A stretch of 20,000 nt of DNA from Chiloscyllium plagiosum (taxonomy: Eukaryota): assembly GCF_004010195.1 (NCBI RefSeq), contig NC_057718.1, positions 89,399,655 to 89,419,654 of the forward strand, in the 5' to 3' direction. The notes beneath the pieces were generated by a model. That model worked only from the letters and a program-made list of their open reading frames with translations, made no database searches and was not told the DNA's origin. The translations under genes were made by a program, and so were the position numbers. Each line of letters begins with the position of its first letter. Position 1 is the stretch's first letter. This document shows, piece by piece, positions 10,576 to 19,394 of this stretch.

Positions 10576-11033
10576 CAAGTAACTCCGCATGGGAGTATTA
10601 GCAGAGAACAGGGCTGGCTTCATTAGACAGGTGAGAGAGATGGGCTACGATACAGAGTCACACAACATGGAAACACATCCTTGGGTCCATGCCAACCGTC
10701 AGCCTAAACTAAACCAGAGGAGGTAGGAGGGTTGAACTTCAATGTGTACATTGAGGAATAGTAAGAAAAACGATTGACCCTTTCTCTTCATGAATTTGAG
10801 GAGAAGATTCTTGTGTGCAGCAGTGACAATCAGCTCAGGGTTGCATACAGATCTATAGTTCACCTCTAACCAGCTCAACACAGGCGCAGTGCATTCCGTA
10901 GGATTATAAAGGTTACAGGACAACACCCATGCGAATGAACGAGGAATGGAGTGGCGAGATCCACCACAGCATTGTGATGCCCAACTACTGGGAACCATGC
11001 AATGGGTGTCAAGGAGTAAGCGGAAGATAGTAC

Positions 11034-11168
11034 CTGGTTACCAGACACATCAGCATTAGGTGAGGGAGAGCGACAAGCTGTCGGAGAGGAAAGCTCACTG
11101 TTGGTCCCCTCTTCCCCAGATTCCTCAGTGACAGGTGAGAGGAGAGTATGACAGCGGCCAGCTGTCAT
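11034..11168 (-). CDS. SYNE1: Nesprin-1 exon E, Ser/Glu/Pro-rich linker (45 aa, MTAGRCHTLLSPVTEESGEEGTNSELSSPTACRSPSPNADVSGNQ)
   Basis: Long CT-rich tract, acceptor ...ttatatcag|ATG and donor CAG|gtacta; 135 nt, phase 0-0. Matches the remembered human linker MTAGRCHTLLSPVTEESGEEGTNSEISSP. Confidence 0.95.
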
Positions 11169-11578
11169 CTGATATAAACCAAGCCAGAGGGAACACAATA
11201 TGATGAGAGAGAAAGAGAGAGAGAGCAGCAGTTACATTAAATCACACTGTAAAGCACAAATCATTGAAAACATTACAAGCTTTCTTTAGTAACGTGAAAC
11301 TGAGTCTGAATAAAAAGGTGGCAAAAATGCAAATTAACCCGTTCCCCCATCCCACTTATTATCTGAGAGATATCTTCATCAGACTGGGGAAATAGTTCAG
11401 GAGGGAAGGGGTTAACGTGCACACAGCAGGCAGTGGGATAAAGCAACTGATTGAAAGTGGCAGAGTGGGTGATGATATGTTAGCTCAGTCCGATGAGGGG
11501 ACAAAGTCAATGATCTTACCATGTCCACAGACGCTCTGCACAGTGTGGCAATAAAGCTAATTCAATTAAATTCCATTC

Positions 11579-11601
11579 AGAGAGAGAGAGAGAGAGAGAG
11601 G
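11579..11601. repeat. (AG)n microsatellite
   Basis: Direct reading; about 20 nt downstream of the exon D donor. Confidence 0.95.
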
Positions 11602-11621
11602 GAGACAGACAATGATCTTAC

Positions 11622-11816
11622 CATAACCACAGACGGGTGCGCTGAGTGAGCAGCCATGGATTCTCCATCCAGCTCTTCCATCCCTTCGGAGAGCCCCTCC
11701 ACCTCAGTGACAGTCAGCAGCATCGTGGCATGCTTCGCCTTCATGGTCAACATCTTACACTTGGTATTCAGAGCAGCAATCTGTTCCTGGTAGTCTTTAA
11801 TCTTCTGGGCGAACGC
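11622..11816 (-). CDS. SYNE1: Nesprin-1 exon D (65 aa, AFAQKIKDYQEQIAALNTKCKMLTMKAKHATMLLTVTEVEGLSEGMEELDGESMAAHSAHPSVVM)
   Basis: Acceptor ...tcttagcag|GCG (tandem TAGCAG) and donor ATG|gtaaga; 195 nt, phase 0-0. KCKMLTMKAKHATMLLTVTEVEGL matches nesprin-1. Not in the supplied ORF track in this frame; translated by hand. Confidence 0.95.
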
Positions 11817-11964
11817 CTGCTAAGACATCGTTCGGTGGGGACAAAGGAGCCGCTTAGAGCCTCAGACATCATCCGCCCCTTCCCTCCATTCCCCTGCCGA
11901 GGCAGCCAATGAGTGAGGAGATGAAGCTGCTGTTTAGATTCAGACTGAGAGGCAGGATCTTCAG

Positions 11965-11969
<5 letters not shown>

Positions 11970-12013
<44 letters not shown>

Positions 12014-12015
12014 GG
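11970..12015. repeat. (TG)n microsatellite followed by a poly-G run
   Basis: Direct reading. Confidence 0.95.
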
Positions 12016-12519
12016 AGACACCAGAACAGGAGCTCCACACACAATCACTCACACCCACCCTCAGAGCCTCTGAAGGCAATCTGCACTGCATACAACAGGA
12101 AATGAGCTGAGTAAGCTCACTCTCTCTCCCATCCCCCCCTCTCCCGCTATAACCCAGAGCAGAAAAACACACAAAACACAAGACAGCTTCCTGGATACCG
12201 GTCTGACCCAGATCTGGGATGGAACAGCAGTGGGAGGACAGTAAGGGAAATCCATCCCTGCCTTTCCCCAGTGTGTGTGTGTGTGTGGGTGGGGAGGGAG
12301 GCAGTGAAAGAAAACAGGGCAGCAGTGGGTCAGAAGGTGATGAGAGCAGACCGGTTCCTGCAGCCAGTCACTGTCTGACAACTCGGTGGATGCTAAATTC
12401 TCGATGCTCATTTTATCTCGGTTATAAAAATAAAATCCCATTCAGAACCTCGGTGGAGAAATTGACCCAGTGTGGGATTTTTTTTTGAGAAGTTTTATTT
12501 TGGGGGGGGGGGGGGTGTA

Positions 12520-13000
12520 TATTCGCCGCGGAGGTGAAATAATGAAATGGGATACTGTGTATGCACAAAAGGAAGTCTGCTCTCTCCAGGTAGCCCCCGG
12601 GTAGGGAGAGTTGGGGTTCAGGGAGTGAGTGAACCCCGGGAATGGGGCTGAGACCCTTCCCTCCACCCGCTGGGAGGGGGTTCAGGACTAACCCGGAGCC
12701 GGGACCCGCTCAGTGCAGGACTCGGCTGCAACAAAAACAACTCAAAATAAAGAGGTCGACCCCGGTGCAAACCGCCGGGGCTTCTCCTGATCACGAAAAA
12801 CACGCCGCCAGTACCTGCTCCCGTCTGGGTCTGGGTCTGGGTCTGGGACCTTGGGCTCCTCAGGTTTTCGGGGAAGCTTTCCCGGTCCAGCCAACTCTTG
12901 AGAGCTGCCGGACCCAGCCACCTCCCCACAGTTTCACACCGTTAAGCGCAGAAATGCAAAGCAGCCCGTGTACACAGTCTCATCAACCCGCGGAGGAAGC
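12520..13000 (-). promoter_or_regulatory. CpG-rich, GC-rich island; candidate internal SYNE1 promoter and non-coding first exon (donor at 12815|12814)
   Basis: About 27 CpGs counted by eye in about 480 bp, against a CpG-poor background. Minus-strand donor GAGCAG|GTACTG. Lies about 1 kb upstream of exon D. Confidence 0.45.
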
Positions 13001-13060
13001 GAGGACTGCAGATGCTGGGGATCAGAGTCAAAGAGTGTGGTGCTGGTAAAGCATCAGCCA
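12993..13060. mobile_element. Fragment of Penelope-like family 1
   Basis: gaggactgcagatgctggggatcagagtcaaagagtgtggtgctgg is the reverse complement of the ends of 602-797 and 8264-8503. Confidence 0.65.
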
Positions 13061-13195
13061 GTGTTCAAGGAAGCCATTGGGGGAGGGATGGAGATACGTT
13101 CAATTAAAATGAGAGAAAAGGAGGGTGTTGTTTTTTTTGGGTGGGGGGGGAAGAGTCTCCAACCAATATTTAAAACAAAAATAAAATGTATTTAA

Positions 13196-13763
13196 GACCG
13201 AGGCTGTACAGGACATTGGTGAGGCCACTGTAGGAATATTGTGTGCAATTCTGGTCTCCTTCCAATTGGAAAGATGTTGTGAAACTTGAAAGGGTTCAGA
13301 AAAAGATTTACAAAGATGTTGTGGAGGGTTGAGCTATAGGGAGAGGCTGAACGGGCTGGGGCTGTTTTCACTGGAGTGTCAGACCTAATAGAGGTTTATT
13401 AAAATTATGAGGGGCATGAATAGGATAAATAGACAAAGTTTTTTCCCTGGGGTGGGGGAGTCCACAACTAGAGGGCATAGGTTTAGGGTGAGAGGGGAAA
13501 GATATAAAAGAGACCTAAGCGGCAACTTTTTCACTCAGTGGGTGGTACGTGTATGAAATGAGCTGCCAGAAGAAGTGGTGGAGGCTGGTACAATTACAAC
13601 ACTTAAAAGGCATTTAAATGGGTATCTAAATAGAATAGGTTTAGAGGGATATGGGCCAACTGCTGGCAAATGGGACTAGATTGGGTTGGGATATCTGGTC
13701 GGCATGGACGAAATGGACCAAAGAGTCTGTTTCCGTGCTGAACATCTCTATGACTCTATGACT
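13196..13763 (+). mobile_element. HER1/CR1 LINE 3' fragment
   Basis: ctgtacaggacattggtgaggcca...gggcataggtttagggtgagagggg..., ending in tgtttccgtgctgaacatctctatgactctatgact. Confidence 0.9.
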
Positions 13764-13764
13764 G

Positions 13765-14005
13765 AGATTGATAGGTTCTTGAGTATCAAGGGTTACGGGA
13801 GAATGGGGTAAATGTAGAGTAATAGGGTAGGGGAATGGGTCTCTGGGTGGGTGCCTCTTTGGAGGGGCGGTATGGACATGTTGGGCCAAATGGCCTGTTT
13901 CCGCACTGTAGGGATTCTATGATTCTGTAAAACCTATCAGCCATGATTGGATGGCAGAGCAGACTCAATGGGCTGAATGGCCTAATTTCTGCTCCTACGT
14001 CTTTT
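13765..14005 (+). mobile_element. HE1 SINE 3' half (about 13800-13927) within or next to a CR1 3' tail (about 13930-14005)
   Basis: ggcctgtttccgcactgtagggattctatgattct, then atcagccatgattggatggcagagcagactcaatgggctgaatggcctaatttctgctcct. Confidence 0.7.
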
Positions 14006-14229
14006 GGTTGTGGTCTCCGGTGGAAAATGCTATGGAATCGGAAATAAAAACAGAAGTTGCTGGAAGGATCAGGCACTGTCTGAGGAAGAGTTGGCGTTTC
14101 AGCTGTTCTTCTGATGAGTCTTCAGTTAAAGGAAAAGGAAGGAAGACACTTCTAAAGGATATTAAACTGAAAAAAAAAGTGCAAGTAAATCATTGCTTCA
14201 TATGGAAGTTTTTAAGTGTTATGAAAAGT

Positions 14230-14790
14230 GGAGAGAATATGACTTTGTGCGTGGGAAACCATGTCTCGCAAACTTCATTGTGTTTCTTGAGGTTGTGACC
14301 AAGAGGAGAGATGAGGGCAGAGCGGTAACAGTTGTCTATATGGACTTTAGCAAGGCCTTAGACAATGTTCCACATGGCAGACTGGTGAGTAAGGTTAGAT
14401 CACATGGGATTCTGGGAGAGCGAGACAATTGGGTACAAAATTAGCTTCTGAGTTTTGTAAGAAGGGACCCGAAACGTTAACTCTGATTTCTCAGCACAGA
14501 CCTGCTGAGCTTTTCCTGCAATTACTGTTTTTGTTTCTGATTTCCAGAACCACAATCCTTATGGTTTTTAACAAAATTGGTTTGATGGTAGGAGACAGAG
14601 GCTGGTGCTAGAGGGTTGATTTTCAGACAGGAGGCCTGTGACCGGCTGTTCCAGATTGCTCAGTACTGGGCCCACTGTTGTTTGGCATTTGTATAAACAA
14701 TTTGGGTGAGAATATAGGAAGTTCATGCATTTGCAAATGACACCAACATTGATGGTACAGTGGACAGGGGAGAAGATACAAAAGAGTCTT
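14230..14790 (+). mobile_element. CR1 LINE RT fragment, interrupted at 14448-14570 by a Penelope-like piece
   Basis: ORF 14193-14444 reads FVRGKPCLANFIVFLEVVTKRRDEGRAVTVVYMDFSKALDNVPHGRLVSKVRSHGI (CR1 RT). TSD-like acaaaattagctt (14435-14447) / acaaaattggttt (14571-14583). Confidence 0.85.
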
Positions 14791-15109
14791 AATCAACTCT
14801 GTGAGAGGGTATGCAATGTGGCATCCTCAGAATAGATAGAACAGAGATGGAGAAACGGAAACAGTGCAATGATGACTGTGTGACATAAACAGGATGCGGT
14901 GAGATATCATTGAGGGACCTATGGGAGTCAGTGGCTGCTCTGATATGCAAAATGTACCTGAGTTCAGTATGAGCTTCCAAATGTTGAGAGACTCCCAGCA
15001 TGAAACAAGTCTCCACAAAGACGGAAGCATCTCAGGAGTCCCATTTAATTGAGATGAGAGCTCAGTCAGTTCTTGATCCCACACATGACTCTCATACTCC
15101 TATAACATA

Positions 15110-15430
15110 TCAGGGAGTAGCTCTCCTGCCTCTGAGTCATAGGGGCACGTATGAGGTCCCCTTCACCCAAATTTCAGCTTGACATTCCCAGCACTGGGGG
15201 AGTGTTGCACTGTTGGAGGTGCCCATACAGGTGAATGAAATGCTATACAGGGATCCCAAACGCCCTCTCGGGGGGGAAGGGGAAAGATCTCAGATGGTAC
15301 TAGCTTTGAAGAAGATCAAGGAAGCTCCCCCTAGCGACTTGGTTAACCATCACCCAAAGAAGAAAAGAATGGTCTGTAAATTATCTCGATATTTTTGTGG
15401 AATCTTGTACCTCCTAAATGACAACTCAAA
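15110..15430 (+). mobile_element. Deu-domain SINE (SacSINE1-like) remnant
   Basis: gtagctctcctgcctctgagtca head; gggagtgttgcactgttggaggtgcc and tttgaagaagatcaagg segments resembling the Deu domain. Confidence 0.6.
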
Positions 15431-15434
15431 GTTA

Positions 15435-15756
15435 GGGCGGCACGGTGGCTCAGTGGTTAGCACTGCTGCCTCACAGCGCCAGGGACCCGGGTTCGATTCC
15501 TGCCTCGGGTAACTGTCTGTGTAGAGTTTGCACGTTCTCCCCGTGTCTGTGTGGGTTTGCTCCGGGTGCTCCGGTTTCCTCCCACAGTCCAAAGATGTGC
15601 AGGTCAGGTGGATTGGCCATGCTAAATTACCCATAGTGTTCAGGGATGTGAAGGTTAGGTGCATTAGCTATGGGGTGGGTCTGGGTGGGATGTTCTTTGG
15701 AGAGTTGGTGTGAACTTGTTGGGCTGAATGGCCTGTTTCAACACTTTAGGGATTCT
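15435..15756 (+). mobile_element. HE1-type SINE, full length
   Basis: gggcggcacggtggctcagtggttagcactgctgcctcacagcgccagggacccgggttcgattcc (A and B boxes intact); tail gggctgaatggcctgtttcaacactttagggattct. Confidence 0.92.
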
Positions 15757-15894
15757 TTAATTGGCCCTAGATTGTGAAAGGTGCTCGATGGATGCCAGAT
15801 CTTTCTTCATTTGGAGAGAGGCCACACAAGGCTTGTTGAGTTGTCCCTTGCTGACTTTCACCAAAGGTAGTAATTGAGCCCGCCCTGCCTTTAC

Positions 15895-16038
15895 CTCGTG
15901 TCGGGAGATCTGGGCCTGCAGCTGCTGGATGTTACTGGTAGATACAGGTTTCTCCTGGATCTCGCGATGGGCTCGATCAATCAGCTGCTGGAGATGCCGC
16001 ATTTCCTGTTCGCACTGTTCATACTGGATCACGGCTTC
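15895..16038 (-). CDS. SYNE1: Nesprin-1 exon C (48 aa, EAVIQYEQCEQEMRHLQQLIDRAHREIQEKPVSTSNIQQLQAQISRHE)
   Basis: Acceptor ...gtcttgcag|GAA and donor GAG|gtaaag; 144 nt, phase 0-0. Spectrin-repeat helix, near-identical to remembered human sequence. Confidence 0.95.
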
Positions 16039-16149
16039 CTGCAAGACCACAAGGACCCTGGAATAAACTCTCCTTATTTCACCAATTTATTAAATGCCTT
16101 CCGCCGACCATTCCAAAGCTGTAAAGAAACTGGTGAAAGCAAAATAAGT

Positions 16150-16500
16150 TTTTTTTTAAATTCATTCACAGGATGAGGGTGTCACTGGCTGGGCCTGCAT
16201 TTATTACCCACCCCTAATTGCCCAGAGGGCAGTTAATAGTCAACCACATTGCTGTGGGTCTGGAGTCACGTGTAGGCAGACCTGGTAAGGATGGCAGTGT
16301 CCTTCCCTAAAGGTCATTCGTGAACCAGATGGGTTTTTCCCAACAATCGATTCATGGTCATCATTAGACCCTTAATTCCGCGTTTTTATTGAATTCAAAT
16401 TCCACCTCTTGCCATGGCAGGATTCAAACCCTGGTCCCCAGAATATTCCTTGGGTCTCTAGATTAACAGTTCAGTGCTAACACCATTAGGCCACTGGCTC
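16150..16500 (-). mobile_element. tRNA-derived SINE (same family as 9878-10225)
   Basis: Poly-T start, then the reverse complement of the core (gctgtgggtctggagtcacgtgtaggcagacctggtaaggatggcag). Confidence 0.8.
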
Positions 16501-16719
16501 CCCTGATGGAATCCAGAGGTAACTGTGCACCAAAAGCAAGCAGCCACCACTCACTGCCATATGGATTTTCTTGTACAGAGTCATCAGACCCCGAGAGAGA
16601 GACCCCATACATCACCCTTGAGAAACTTATACTGTGCCTTCTGTTTGAATTACCGCAGACCGCGATTTTTATAAAAATATGGCACGTGTGCATCATTTAT
16701 TGCCTTCCCCTTATTGCCT

Positions 16720-17020
16720 CTGAATGGAGTGACTTGCCAGGCCATTGAACAGAGAGTTACCCACATTGCCTAGGGTCTGGAGTCACATGTAGGCCAGACC
16801 AGGTAAGGACGGCAGATTTCCTTCCCTATAGGGCATTTGCAAACTAGATGGGTTTTTTACTATAATGGAAGGTCATTTCATGGTCCCTATCACTGAGACT
16901 AGCTTTAGGTTCCCCATTGATGAACTGAATTCAAATTCCATCAGCTGCCACAGTGGGATTAGAACCGACATCGACTGGGCCTCTGGATTATTACTCCAGT
17001 GATGTTACCCTAACACCATC
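16720..17020 (-). mobile_element. tRNA-derived SINE (same family), older copy
   Basis: gggtctggagtcacatgtaggccagaccaggtaaggacggcagatttccttccct...gaattcaaattcc. Confidence 0.75.
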
Positions 17021-17289
17021 GTCTTTGTGGACTGAAGGTGCCCCCGCGGTGCTGTTAAGTAGGAAGGACCAGGATTTTGACCTGGTCACAATGAAGGGAT
17101 GCTGATGGATTTTTCAGGGCAGGATGGTGTGGAGGGGAGCTTAGTAATGACGGTAATCCCCTGTCCTTACTGCCCCTCCCCTTTCCAATGTCATTGTTTG
17201 GGAGGTGCTGGGAGAAACCAAAGTGACTTGTTGCATCACAGTCACCGTGCGTCAGTGTTGAGGGTAGCAGTCACAGATTTCAAATGACG

Positions 17290-17620
17290 TCATAGAGTAA
17301 TTCAGCATGGAAACAGACCCTTCGGTCCAACTCATCTGTGCTGACCAGCTTTCCAAAACTAAACTAGTCCCACTTGCCTGCCCATATCCCTCTAAAACTT
17401 GCCTTTTTACGTCCCTGACCAAATGTCTTTTAAATGTTGTGACTGTAGTTGCATCTACCACTTCCTCTGGCAGTTCATTCCACATAGGAACCACTCTGTG
17501 TGTGAAAAGATTGTCCCTTGGGTCCTCTCTTGTTCAACCTATGCCCTCTCATTGGGAACTCCCATACCCCCGGGAAAGGAACTTTGCAACTCACCTTATC
17601 GTGATTTTATAAACCTCCAT
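17290..17620 (-). mobile_element. HER1/CR1 LINE 3' fragment
   Basis: Minus-strand ORF MVPMWNELPEEVVDATTVTTFKRHL; tail gtcatagagtaattcagcatggaaacagacccttcggtccaac. Confidence 0.85.
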
Positions 17621-17923
17621 AACTCACTTGATAGCATAAAACTTGAAAACTACCGATAAATGCACTTTTTGTCCAAGCTTACCATCTTGCACTCATCAGA
17701 ACGATTTACAAAAGTACCTGTGTGTGTCTTTTATATCGTATAATGTTTTTCCGCTCAGAATGGGATTTTTGTGAATAAGTCCAAGAAGGAAAGCTTTGAC
17801 AAAATCTAATTAATTTCCGTTGATTCCAGTGGATGGGCAGCGATGACTTGGCGCTCTGAAGGATTCCCAATGTGGCAGTGCATACTCCAGCCAGTGCTGG
17901 GAGGTGTCATGGGTGCAGCTTAC

Positions 17924-18106
17924 CTGCAGGATGTTACACTGCTGAATGGCAGTGTGCTGTAGCCGACTAGCCTGCTCCTGGAGCCTCAGTGCTGTCAGGC
18001 AGATGGGCAGATTGGTGACAATTTCTTCGGGAATGCGCAGGGCAGCCTGATATCGGTGCACCACTTGCACCTTGTGCTTGAAGCTCTCCATGTCGGCCAG
18101 CAACCT
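17924..18106 (-). CDS. SYNE1: Nesprin-1 exon B (61 aa, RLLADMESFKHKVQVVHRYQAALRIPEEIVTNLPICLTALRLQEQASRLQHTAIQQCNILQ)
   Basis: Acceptor ...tctcgctag|AGG and donor CAG|gtaagc; 183 nt, phase 0-0. ALRIPE...ALRLQEQASRLQHTAIQQCNI matches remembered nesprin-1 sequence. Confidence 0.95.
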
Positions 18107-18499
18107 CTAGCGAGACAGAAATCGCGCAGAGATCAGTCAGGAAAATTGCCCTGCCATCTGCACAGTAGCAATTAAAGGCCGAGCTCCCTCCCTAATTCTT
18201 CAGAGCGGCAGTGCTTGGGCAGGGCGAGGTGAGAATTTCGGGTGAAGCCCACATCCTGATGGGATTCCCAGCCCCCTTGAACGGGGTACTTTAAAAGCCC
18301 ATCAGATAGAGCTTCCTAAATGGCCCCCTCCCAATGTTGAGAGGGTGCCCGTCAAGCTGCAGGGTCAAAGGCTATCGTGAGTGATGGGCGCGCATGGAAA
18401 CGTGCCGGCCTCACCTTGGACGGTCACATGCTCACTGTCAAGTCAAAAGGTCATGGGGATCCAGCTCCTTTCCAGGGACTTTGACAGGCTTTCTCTGAA

Positions 18500-19235
18500 T
18501 GGGACCATCGATAGGGTACTGCAGTTTGGAAAAGATGAAGGATGTCCTCCAGAGGAGGCTAAGGAAAGGTTTTGTTGAAGTGTACGAGATTTGGATAGAG
18601 CAGACAAGGAATAATTACCAGGGAACACTGATAGCTGATAAAAACCCAGCAGGGGAGATGAGCTATGTTTTAAGATAGTAAATTATGTGTGGGGTTTGCA
18701 CATTCTCCCCGTGTCTGCGTGGGTTTCCTCCCACATGGCAAAGATGTGCTGGTCAGGTGGATTGGCCATACTAAATTGGAATGCAAAAGTGAGGACTGCA
18801 GATGCTGGAAACCAAAGCCTAGATTAGAGTGGTGCTGGAAAAGCACAGGAGGTCAAGCAGCATCCGAGGTTAGGAAAATCGACGTTTCGGGCAAAAGCCC
18901 TTCATCAGGACCCCATACTATTCAGAGATGTGTAGGTTAGGGGTGTATTAGTCAGGGGTAAATGTAGAGTAATGGGGAATTGGTTTGGGTGGGATACTCT
19001 TTGGAGGGTCATTGTGAACTTGTTGGGCTGCAGGGCCTGTTTCCACACTGTAGGGATTCTGTGATTATGATAGTCTGGAATGCACTGTCTCAAGGTGGTG
19101 CAAGTGGATTCGTTTTCAGAACCCATTTGGACAAACAATCTTTCAGGACAGAACTGAGCAGTGCGACCACCTGAATAGCATTTCAAGGAGCTGACCTCAG
19201 GACATTGGGGCTCATTAGCCTTGTTTGGTATAATA
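18500..19235 (+). mobile_element. Old CR1 3' fragment containing a 5'-truncated HE1 SINE (about 18688-19063), itself interrupted by a Penelope-like piece (about 18780-18910)
   Basis: HE1 body gtgtggggtttgcacattctccccgtg...ggccatactaaattg resumes at ccccatactattcag (18911). CR1-like sequence resumes at gtctggaatgcactg (about 19073). Confidence 0.7.
18879..18910 (-). ncRNA. Minimal hammerhead ribozyme motif (Penelope-associated type), core intact
   Basis: Minus strand reads TC-CTGATGA-A-GGGC-TTTT-GCCC-GAAA-CGTC-GA: conserved CUGANGA and GAAA boxes, perfect 4-bp stem II, palindromic ACGT stem III and a GUC cleavage triplet (18883-18881). Confidence 0.65.
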
Positions 19236-19258
19236 TGACTCAACATATCAGCTGGTAC

Positions 19259-19381
19259 CTGTCTTTGAAAGAGTTGCTCCTTTAGGCACAGGCGTGCAAG
19301 CTCAGGGGAGGTCAAAGTGACTTGGGCTTGCTTGACCATCACCTGCAGGCTCTTCACCTCAGTCTCAAACTGCTCCATATC
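19259..19381 (-). CDS. SYNE1: Nesprin-1 internal coding exon A (41 aa, DMEQFETEVKSLQVMVKQAQVTLTSPELARLCLKEQLFQRQ)
   Basis: Acceptor ...tctctctgacag|GAT and donor CAG|gtacca; 123 nt, phase 0-0. Peptide resembles remembered human nesprin-1 (DMKKFEAELKKLQAALEQAQATLTSPEVGRLSLKEQLSHRQ). Confidence 0.93.
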
Positions 19382-19394
19382 CTGTCAGAGAGAT

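Noticed and set aside
12618..13049. 103-135 aa ORFs on both strands of the GC-rich island
   Set aside because: Non-ATG starts, low complexity, expected in GC-rich DNA; no recognisable homology.
14193..14444. Reverse-transcriptase-like ORF
   Set aside because: Short, interrupted CR1 ORF2 relic; no intact autonomous element in the window.
15435..15510. tRNA-like sequence with A and B boxes (also 4945-5014 on the minus strand)
   Set aside because: It is the tRNA-derived head of HE1 SINEs and continues into the SINE body; not a tRNA gene.
17810..17923. Read-through of the exon B donor as an alternative terminal exon
   Set aside because: The frame stays open for 37 codons, but the donor is a strong consensus and I found no nearby canonical poly(A) signal; unsupported without 3'-end data.
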